64,000 bases of DNA, from contig JAISKH010000053.1 in the NCBI GenBank assembly GCA_031261325.1, positions 29,539 to 93,538 on the forward strand, read 5' to 3'. Below, in pieces: positions 56,876-64,000 of this stretch (position 1 is its first letter; every line of letters starts with the position of its first letter). The notes under the pieces were generated by a model. The model worked only from the letters and a program-made list of their open reading frames with translations. It ran no database searches and was not told the origin of the DNA. A program made the position numbers and the translations under genes. The DNA comes from Oscillospiraceae bacterium (lineage in GTDB: Bacteria; Bacillota; Clostridia; Oscillospirales; Oscillospiraceae).

Positions 56876-59800
56876 ATGAGCGGAGAAAAATTCTATGAAA
56901 TCTTTAACTGCTGCCGCGAGGATAACGCGCTGCGGGCGGTACTGGAGGAAACGACGGTCAGTTCCGTGCGCGTGGATGAAAAGTACAGCATCATACGCGT
57001 AACGCTGAATCTCCCGCACGCCGTCGCCCCCGTCGAAATTGCGGAGATTGAGCGCGTCATAGCGGCGGAATACGCGCCGATGGACGTTATTATAAAGGCG
57101 GTATACCCGAAAACCGATTCGGTCAAAAATGCTCTGAATCAACGCAAATCAGTAGTCATAATGGGCAAGAAAGCCCCGTCAGGCTCAATAACCCCGCTCG
57201 ACCGCATGGACATCGGACTCGGGCGCGTAACCGTGCGCGGCACCGTGTTCGCCGTCAGCAGCCGCCAAATTCCGAGCACGGGAGCGTGGGTGCTCACCTT
57301 TGACATAACGGATTACACAGGCTCAATCCGCATCTCGAAGTTCCTGAAGCCCGACGACAGCAAACCCGAACGAATAGTCAACGCCATTAAGGTCGGCATG
57401 TGCCTTACCATTGCGGGGCGGCTCGAAATTAACCGCTACGAGCAGAACGACGTAACGCTCGACCCGACGGCAATATCCGTCGAGCGGGTTGAAACCGTTA
57501 CGGACGACGCGCCCGAAAAGCGCGTTGAGCTTCACCTACACACCCAAATGTCAATGATGGACGCGACGACGGACACCGCCGCCGTCGTAAAGCGCGCGAT
57601 TGAGTGGGGGCACCCCGCGATAGCGATAACGGACCACGGCGTTGTGCAGTCGTTCCCCGACGCGATGAAGGCGGCGGGCGACAAGATTAAGGTGCTCTAC
57701 GGCGTGGAGGGTTATTTTCGCAACGACACCGATTCGCGCCGCGCCGTGTTCGGCAATTTCGCCGACCTGAACGAAGTCGCCGTGTTCGACATTGAAACGA
57801 CGGGCTTGTCCGCCCAACGCGACAAAATTACGGAAATCGCCTGCGTCATCGTTAAAAACGGCGAGATTATCGACGAGTTTGAAACGTTCGCAAACCCCGG
57901 CGTGCCGATTCCCCGCAACATCACGGAGCTTACGGGCATAACCGACGCGGACGTGCGCGACGCGCCGAGCCAAGTCGAAGCGGTGCGCGCGTTCCTGAAT
58001 TTCGCGGGAGACCGCCCGTTCGTCGCCCACAACGCAACGTTTGACATCGGCTTCATCTACGAGGTTTGCGCCGAAAACGGCATAGACTTCAACCCGAACT
58101 ATATCGACACGCTCGCGCTCTCCCGCGCGCTCTACCCGGACGCGAGCGGGCACCGCCTGAACGACGTGTCCGCGCGGCTGAACCTCCCCGACTTCAATCA
58201 CCACCGCGCGCTTGACGACACGCGCACGACGGGGCTGATTTACGCCCGCTTCCAGGCGCAGCTCCGCAAGCTCGGCGCGGAAACGCCCGAAGCCGTCAAC
58301 GATTACTGCTACAGCGTAGAGCGGCAGTCCACCTCACGCAGTCGTCCGCGCCTGAACCACATCATCATATTCGCCAAAACCCAAGACGGCGTTAAAAACC
58401 TCTACCGCCTCATTACGGACAGCCACCTCAAGGACTTTAACCGCAACCCGATTATCACGAAGAGTCAGCTCATGAAATACCGTGACGGATTGCTCGTCGG
58501 CTCCGCGTGCGAAGCGGGCGAGGTGTTCCGCGCGATAACCGACGGCGCGAGCCGACTTGAGCTGCGCCGCATAGCGGAGTTTTACGACTACTTGGAGATT
58601 CAGCCGATAGCCAACAACCGCTTCATGCTCCGCGGCGACAGCCCGAAGGCGACGAGCGAGGAGCAGCTCCGCGACTTCAACCGCGCCGTTGTCGCGCTCG
58701 GGCGCGAGCTGGACAAGCCCGTCGTCGCAACGGGCGACGTGCACTTCCTAGACCCGCAGGACGAAGTGTTCCGCCGCGTATTACTGACCGCAAAAGGCTT
58801 TGAGGACGCGACGAGCGAGCTGCCAATCTACTTCCGCACGACGGAGGACATGCTGTCGGAGTTCGCCTATCTCGGCGAGGAAACCGCCTATGAAGTCGTC
58901 GTCAAGAACACAAATCTCGTCGCCGACATGTGCGATAAGGTGCGCCCGCTCCCGCCCGCGAAAACGCTCTTCGCGCCCAAGATTGAAAACAGCGCGGAGG
59001 ACCTGAAGCGTCTCGTCTACACGCGCCTGCGCGAGCTTTACGGCGAAACGCCGCCCGAGCTGATTACAACGCGCGTCGAAACCGAGCTTAAGGACATACT
59101 CGACCGCAACTACGACGTCATCTACATCTCGGCGCAGCGGCTCGTCAAGGATTCGCTCGACCACGGGTATCTCGTCGGCTCGCGCGGCAGCGTCGGCTCG
59201 TCGCTCGTCGCGTATCTCGCGGGCATAACGGAGGTTAACGCGCTCCCCGCGCACTACCGCTGCGCGTCCTGTGGCGACGTGGACTTTGAGAGCGGCAAGG
59301 GCTACGGATGCGGCGCGGACATGCCCGATTTGACCTGCCCCCATTGCGGCGCGTCCTACGAAAAGGAGGGCTTTGATATTCCGTTTGAGACGTTCCTCGG
59401 CTTCGGTGGCGACAAGGTGCCCGATATTGACCTAAACTTCTCCGGCGAATATCAGGCGAACGCCCACCGCTATACAAACGAGCTGTTCGGTGAGGAACAC
59501 GTCTACCGCGCCGGCACAATCGGCACAATCGCGGAAAAAACCGCATTCGGCTATGTGAAGAAATACCTCGAGTTAATCGGCAAAACCGTGTCGCGCGCGG
59601 AGGTAAATCGGCTCGCGCTCGGGCTTGTCGGCGTAAAGCGCACGACGGGGCAGCACCCCGGCGGACTTGTCGTCATTCCGCAGGACATGGACATAACGGA
59701 CTTCTGCCCCGCGCAGCACCCCGCCGACGACAACGACACGAACATCGTCACAACGCACTTTGACTACCATTGCATGGAGGACAACCTCCTGAAGCTCGAC

Positions 59801-60859
59801 GAGTTGGGGCACGACGACCCAACCATGATACGTATGCTCGAGGACATAACGGGGCTGAACGCCCGCCAAATCCCGCTGGACGACCCCGAAACAATGGCGC
59901 TGTTCTCAACCCCCGAAACGCTCGGCTTGGAGCGTGGGGACGAAATAATCGGCAACACAGGCTCCATAGGTATCCCCGAGTTCGGCACGGGCTTCACGCG
60001 CGGAATGCTAAATGACACAAAGCCCGAAAAGTTCGATACGCTCGTCCGCCTGTCCGGCTTCTCGCATGGTACCGACGTGTGGCTCGGCAACGCCAAGGAC
60101 ATTATCATGAGCGGCACAGCGTCAATCGCGGAAACAATCGGTTGCCGCGACGATATTATGCTGTACCTCATATCGCTCGGCATGGACGAGCGGTTCGCGT
60201 TCCAAATCATGGAAGCCGTCCGAAAGGGCAGGGGACTGCCCGACGGCGCGGAGGACAAAATGCTCGCGCTCGGCGTTCCGACGTGGTACATAAACTCCTG
60301 CAAAAAAATCCAATACCTGTTCCCCAAGGCGCACGCCGTCGCCTATGTCATGATGGCGTTCCGCATCGCGTGGTTCAAGGTTCACCGCCCGCTCGCGTTC
60401 TACAGCGCGTATTTCTACCGCCGCAGCCAAAAGGACAGCTTTGACGCATCGTACATGACGCAGGGAATAGACGCGGCGCGCACTAAAATCCGCCAGCTCC
60501 GCGCCGCGATTGACGCGAAATCCGCGACGGCGAAGGACGAGGACACGCTAACAACGCTCGAAGCGTGCTACGAATTTTACAAGCGCGGCTTCACGTTCGC
60601 GAATATCGACCTCACGCGCTCCGACCCGATAAAGTTTGAAATCACGGGCGAGACGGAGCTTACCCCGCCGCTCATTGCCGTCAGCGGACTTGGCGAAACG
60701 GCGGCATACAGCATCGCGCTGAACCGCGGACGCGAATTTGTCTCCATAGAGGAGTTCGAGGCGGCGTGCACCAAAGTCTCGAAGTCGCATATCGAGCAGC
60801 TGAAATCACTCGGCGCGTTCGGCGACCTGCCCGACTCCAGCCAACTGAGCTTTTTCTAA
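56876..60859 (+). CDS. polC: DNA polymerase III PolC-type (Gram-positive replicative polymerase)
   Basis: OB domain. PHP 'ELHLHTQMSMMD'. Inserted DEDD exonuclease 'VFDIETTGL ... HNATFDIGF ... HRALDD'. Pol III alpha core 'GGDKVPDIDLNFS', then fingers/thumb. 1327 aa. Confidence 0.95.
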   Translation: MSGEKFYEIFNCCREDNALRAVLEETTVSSVRVDEKYSIIRVTLNLPHAVAPVEIAEIERVIAAEYAPMDVIIKAVYPKTDSVKNALNQRKSVVIMGKKAPSGSITPLDRMDIGLGRVTVRGTVFAVSSRQIPSTGAWVLTFDITDYTGSIRISKFLKPDDSKPERIVNAIKVGMCLTIAGRLEINRYEQNDVTLDPTAISVERVETVTDDAPEKRVELHLHTQMSMMDATTDTAAVVKRAIEWGHPAIAITDHGVVQSFPDAMKAAGDKIKVLYGVEGYFRNDTDSRRAVFGNFADLNEVAVFDIETTGLSAQRDKITEIACVIVKNGEIIDEFETFANPGVPIPRNITELTGITDADVRDAPSQVEAVRAFLNFAGDRPFVAHNATFDIGFIYEVCAENGIDFNPNYIDTLALSRALYPDASGHRLNDVSARLNLPDFNHHRALDDTRTTGLIYARFQAQLRKLGAETPEAVNDYCYSVERQSTSRSRPRLNHIIIFAKTQDGVKNLYRLITDSHLKDFNRNPIITKSQLMKYRDGLLVGSACEAGEVFRAITDGASRLELRRIAEFYDYLEIQPIANNRFMLRGDSPKATSEEQLRDFNRAVVALGRELDKPVVATGDVHFLDPQDEVFRRVLLTAKGFEDATSELPIYFRTTEDMLSEFAYLGEETAYEVVVKNTNLVADMCDKVRPLPPAKTLFAPKIENSAEDLKRLVYTRLRELYGETPPELITTRVETELKDILDRNYDVIYISAQRLVKDSLDHGYLVGSRGSVGSSLVAYLAGITEVNALPAHYRCASCGDVDFESGKGYGCGADMPDLTCPHCGASYEKEGFDIPFETFLGFGGDKVPDIDLNFSGEYQANAHRYTNELFGEEHVYRAGTIGTIAEKTAFGYVKKYLELIGKTVSRAEVNRLALGLVGVKRTTGQHPGGLVVIPQDMDITDFCPAQHPADDNDTNIVTTHFDYHCMEDNLLKLDELGHDDPTMIRMLEDITGLNARQIPLDDPETMALFSTPETLGLERGDEIIGNTGSIGIPEFGTGFTRGMLNDTKPEKFDTLVRLSGFSHGTDVWLGNAKDIIMSGTASIAETIGCRDDIMLYLISLGMDERFAFQIMEAVRKGRGLPDGAEDKMLALGVPTWYINSCKKIQYLFPKAHAVAYVMMAFRIAWFKVHRPLAFYSAYFYRRSQKDSFDASYMTQGIDAARTKIRQLRAAIDAKSATAKDEDTLTTLEACYEFYKRGFTFANIDLTRSDPIKFEITGETELTPPLIAVSGLGETAAYSIALNRGREFVSIEEFEAACTKVSKSHIEQLKSLGAFGDLPDSSQLSFF

Positions 60860-60973
60860 ATGTAACAGAACACCCCAAGCCATTGGGCTTGTCTCAAGCT
60901 AAATTCTGTGCTATACTGGACAAAATCTGATGTTCGCAACACGAATGTCAAAATATTATTGGAGGTTCAAAAG

Positions 60974-62236
60974 ATGAAAACAGCAAAACGTATTCTCACA
61001 TGGGCACTCGCGGTCGCGCTTGTGCTCTCGCTCACAGGCGTGTTCGCCCTCGCGGTGGAGGACGACGAGCCTGTCAAAGAAACGCGCGACGACGTTACGG
61101 CAATAACCGTCTCTGTCCGCATTGAGGGTCAAACGGAAAACCTGTTCTACAACACGGCGGTCAGGCTCGTTCCCGTCGGTGAGGAACCGCTCACCGTGCT
61201 CGACCTCGCGACGATTCTCAACGAGTCCGAAACCGCGCCCGACTTCACGTTCAAGGACAGCGGCTACGGTCCCTACATCACCGCAATCGGCGACCTCGAA
61301 GAGGGCACGAACGCCGAGTGGGACGGCTGGCAGTTCCGCGTGAACGGAATTTCGCCCGTCGTAGGCATAAGCGCGTATGAGCTTGCCGACGGCGACAGCG
61401 TGGTGTTCTATTACTCCGACGAATTTGGCATGGGCTTTGCCTTCCCCGAAATCGACCTCACCAACATTTATAACGGCAACATCAGCTTCACAACAACCGT
61501 GACGACCTACGACGACGAGGGCACGCCCTCAACCGCTGTCGTACCCGTCGCGGACGCGGTCGTGACGATAGGCGACGATACGCGCACGACCGACGAGAAC
61601 GGCACAATCGCTCTCAACGTATTCGGCGGCTTCCGTACCCTGCAAATCGAGAAAACCGACGCGGAAACAGGTATCCCGCTCGTTCTCCGCCTTGCGCCCG
61701 ATTACGAAATCTTCGTTCCGTTCACCGACACGGAGGAGGGCGCGTGGTATGACGAAGCGATTCAGTACAACGTCAAATCCGGTCTGTTCAAGGGCAATCA
61801 GGACGGCACCTTTAACCCCGACGGAAACATGACGCTCGCGGAGCTTACGCAGGTGCTCTACCGCGTCGCGGACGGAGTTGACGTCGTGGGCGCCGAGTTC
61901 TGGTACACAGGCGCGCTCAACTGGGCGGTCGAATCGGGGCTGTTCCCCGAGGAAAGCTTCAAGCCCGACGTAGTTGTCCAGCGTCAGCAGTTCATATTCT
62001 TGTTCAACAAGACGATTGAAATCGTCGGCGAACGCGATATTGAAGCGCGCGCCGACCTGACCGAAGCGACGGACTACGACGACATCAGCGGCAGCTATCT
62101 CGAAGCCGTAGAGTGGGCAGTCGCCAGCGGCCTCATCAACGGCACAAGCGAGGAAACCCTAACCATCAACCCCAAAGGCACAATCACCCGCGCGGAAGTC
62201 TGCAAAATGCTGCAAAACTATTATACCGCAGTATAA
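60974..62236 (+). CDS. Secreted cell-wall protein with C-terminal SLH (S-layer homology) repeats
   Basis: GGAGG SD + ATG. Signal peptide 'MKTAKRILTWALAVALVLSLTGVFALA'. The C-terminal repeats 'FTDTEEGAWYDEAIQYNVKSGLFKGNQDGTFNPDGNMTLAELTQVLYRV' and 'YDDISGSYLEAVEWAVASGLINGTSEETLTINPKGTITRAEVCKMLQNY' match the SLH pattern. Confidence 0.7.
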   Translation: MKTAKRILTWALAVALVLSLTGVFALAVEDDEPVKETRDDVTAITVSVRIEGQTENLFYNTAVRLVPVGEEPLTVLDLATILNESETAPDFTFKDSGYGPYITAIGDLEEGTNAEWDGWQFRVNGISPVVGISAYELADGDSVVFYYSDEFGMGFAFPEIDLTNIYNGNISFTTTVTTYDDEGTPSTAVVPVADAVVTIGDDTRTTDENGTIALNVFGGFRTLQIEKTDAETGIPLVLRLAPDYEIFVPFTDTEEGAWYDEAIQYNVKSGLFKGNQDGTFNPDGNMTLAELTQVLYRVADGVDVVGAEFWYTGALNWAVESGLFPEESFKPDVVVQRQQFIFLFNKTIEIVGERDIEARADLTEATDYDDISGSYLEAVEWAVASGLINGTSEETLTINPKGTITRAEVCKMLQNYYTAV

Positions 62237-62299
62237 TCACCTTATTCCCGCGTCCCGCCGCGCGGCACTCTGCGTCTCTCGTCCTGCGTCGCGTCTTTC

Positions 62300-62327
62300 C
62301 GTTCCATATCTGTTATCAGTTATCTGT
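62300..62327. repeat. Tandem heptad repeat (CTGTTAT x4) in the intergenic region after the SLH gene
   Basis: CTGTTAT CAGTTAT CTGTTAA CTGTTAC. Confidence 0.5.
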
Positions 62328-62350
62328 TAACTGTTACCTATCCTTGCGCT

Positions 62351-62714
62351 CCCCGCGCGGGGCCCCCTTTCTTATGCGAGAAAGGGGGGAAAGCGCACTA
62401 AAGAGGGGCTGCCGCCCCTCTTTAGAATTACCCTGCTTCTCAAAGCACTATAGTCTCCAGTCGCTATCGCAAATGAAAGGTTCTACAGCGCGGAACAGGT
62501 TCAAATATAAGCGCAAGCTCGCTCCGCGAAGCTGACAATGTTGCAACGCAGTTAATCTTGCCAAGTGGCAGCTTGCAACACCAGTTCACACCTTTAGTCC
62601 GTAACGCTGCAATTGGTTTGCGCCTAGCTGTGGGGGTGATTTTTAAGAGGGGGTTTACCCCCTCTTAAATGCGCTTCCCCCCCTTTCTCGCATAAGAAAG
62701 GGGGTCCCCGCCGG
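62351..62714. repeat. ~70-bp highly structured inverted repeats flanking a ~215-bp core (MITE-like element or structured ncRNA)
   Basis: Left arm 62351-62425: CCCCGCGCGGGG, hairpin CCCCCTTTCT-tatgcg-AGAAAGGGGGG, hairpin AAAGAGGGGC-tgcc-GCCCCTCTTT. Right arm 62642-62714 is its near-perfect reverse complement: TTAAGAGGGGG-ttta-CCCCCTCTTAA, CCCCCCCTTTCT-cgcata-AGAAAGGGGG, CCCCGCCGG. Confidence 0.5.
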
Positions 62715-62758
62715 ACAGGCGAAGCAAATCTTCTTTGAGAATTAAAAAACAATCAAAT

Positions 62759-63010
62759 TCATAAACGAGCGGCTTCCCAATATGCCCATTCATAACGGAT
62801 ACGGTACACTTTGAGTTTGGGGTTTGGTTTCAGAAAATCAATGCTAATATTTTCTTTGACACAAGGATTTCGTTCACATATAAACACCGCACCAAATGAA
62901 GGCGCGGTAATGCGATTTATATGTTCAGGTGGAATCCTTTTTACATATCCAACAATTATGTCCTTTTTTGTTGTTGTTAAAAAGTAAATTTTTGTATGCG
63001 TTAAGCGCAA
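62759..63010 (-). CDS. Hypothetical small ORF in the AT-rich island (possible gene fragment)
   Basis: ORF only. Low GC relative to the rest of the window. No motif recognised. Confidence 0.25.
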   Translation of the reverse strand: MRLTHTKIYFLTTTKKDIIVGYVKRIPPEHINRITAPSFGAVFICERNPCVKENISIDFLKPNPKLKVYRIRYEWAYWEAARL

Positions 63011-63114
63011 ACATTTTGTTTAGTTCTTTTATCTGACTTCCGAATCTAATTGATATGACCTTGTGCCGTGTCGCTTTATAAGCAATAATATCATAGAGAC
63101 ACAAACAAATACTC

Positions 63115-63790
63115 GTGCGCCAGCAACAGAAAGTTGTACTTCACGCTGTTAGTTTTCCAATATCCCGTTGCTGTGCAGTTGCGCCGCTCCTTGATGATGA
63201 TTTTCTTCAGTCGGAATCCGGCGCCCTCAAAAATCCGCATCACCTCGAAGCGCATCGGCACGACGTGACCCTTTGCGCGTATTCCCCATTAAAATCGTGC
63301 AAAACTTGTCCCTTTTCAGCACGCGGTAGCTCTCGGCGGCGACGAGTTTCATCTGCTACAAAAAGTCCTTCACGTCCAGATAGTCATCTGCGATGTCCTC
63401 GCTGTACTGAATGATGTTCGCGTAAGGCGGGTAAGTGCCTATTAAATAGACGCTGCTGTTCGGCGCGAAGTCCAAGTGCCGCGGTCGCCCTTGTAGACTT
63501 TGACTTCGCCCGCATTTTCGTACTCGAAATCGCACTTTTCTTTGCATCGCGCCAGCGCGGAGATGTTCACATCACCGCCGATGATATTGCGACGCAGCAG
63601 CTTCGCCTCGACAAGCGTCGTGCCGCTGCCGACGAATAGGTCGAGCACCAAGTCGCCCTCCTGCGATTAGCGCAACAAAATATTGCGCGGGATATACGGC
63701 GACCAGTTGTCGCACTTGGGGAAGCTTCGGACGGTGTTCATTTCGAGTTCAAAATCGTCGGGAGCGAATTTTTGATTTGTTTCATTAAGT
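63115..63790 (-). pseudogene. Decayed DNA amino-methyltransferase gene fragment(s) (beta-class N6A/N4C MTase motifs split over several frames)
   Basis: Minus-strand frames give 'DLVLDLFVGSGTTLVEAKLLRRNIIGGDVNISALARCKEK' (motif I, FxGxG + C-terminal tail). A different frame gives 'SSVYLIGTYPPYANIIQY' (motif IV, SPPY-like), then 'KFCTILMGNTRKGHVVPMRFEVMRIFEGAGFRLKK'. Stops and frameshifts separate them. Confidence 0.5.
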
Positions 63791-64000
63791 CATCACCTAA
63801 AGAGCGTGATTTATTCCGAGAATGCTATTCCACAGCATTTCTCTTCCGGAATAATTCCAATATCTGATATCTTGCTCAATGAAGAGCCACTTCAACACAG
63901 CGAGTATTAAGTCGCACGGAAAGCCGCTTTTGAAATTAATATTATCCAAAGGCGCATCTTTAAGTTCCAATTCACAAGTAAAAATGCCGCGCATAAACTG

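Noticed and set aside
62113-62535. 140-aa ORF running from the end of the SLH gene into the inverted-repeat element
   Set aside because: It overlaps the SLH gene's 3' end in another frame and reads through GC hairpins. The protein is low-complexity (His/Arg/Pro). Most likely non-coding.

Overview
This 64-kb window is chromosomal DNA from a high-GC Gram-positive Firmicute. PolC, AddAB, HrcA/CIRCE, DnaD/DnaI-like primosome proteins and an SLH protein point to a Clostridia/Oscillospirales-like organism. I found no tRNA, rRNA or CRISPR array.

Most of the window is housekeeping sequence:
- a hybrid histidine kinase and a GGDEF cyclase
- a TetR operon
- maf-mreC-mreD-PBP2
- a U32 peptidase
- dnaD-like and dnaI-like replication genes
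- the yabM/mazG/hup/yabO-like block
- an AI-2E transporter, GtrA and uvrB
- the hrcA-grpE-dnaK-dnaJ heat-shock operon with a perfect CIRCE
- a flotillin/NfeD operon
- xylA-GH3-xylB
- addAB
- the iorAB-paaK-apbE-NusG_II-Gx transporter cluster
- polC
- an SLH cell-wall protein

The most unusual region is the first ~6.8 kb. It holds a lower-GC, tightly packed five-gene operon, cut off at the 5' window edge. The genes are:
- a divergent actin-fold ATPase
- two paralogous bitopic membrane proteins sharing a ~100-aa cytoplasmic C-terminal domain
- a polytopic membrane protein
- a surface lipoprotein with a transglutaminase-like Cys-His-Asp core and Pro/Thr-rich linkers

I could not match this operon to any system I know. 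It is a candidate envelope-spanning system.

Other observations worth a second look:
- A ~35-bp heptad-repeat element built from AATTGTC (reverse complement GACAATT; some copies sit in the opposite orientation as CAATTGA/TCAATTG) occurs four times. Three copies are inserted in-frame in addA and iorA (twice); the fourth is intergenic.
- The NfeD protein carries a His/Asp-rich insert.
- The acyltransferase gene is frameshifted at a (CG)n tract.
- A MITE-like inverted-repeat element follows the SLH gene.
- An AT-rich island at the 3' edge holds decayed beta-class DNA methyltransferase fragments.
- Several promoter and operator palindromes were found (TetR, XRE, addB 5' UTR).

All calls are motif- and architecture-based. 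I could not run any database search.
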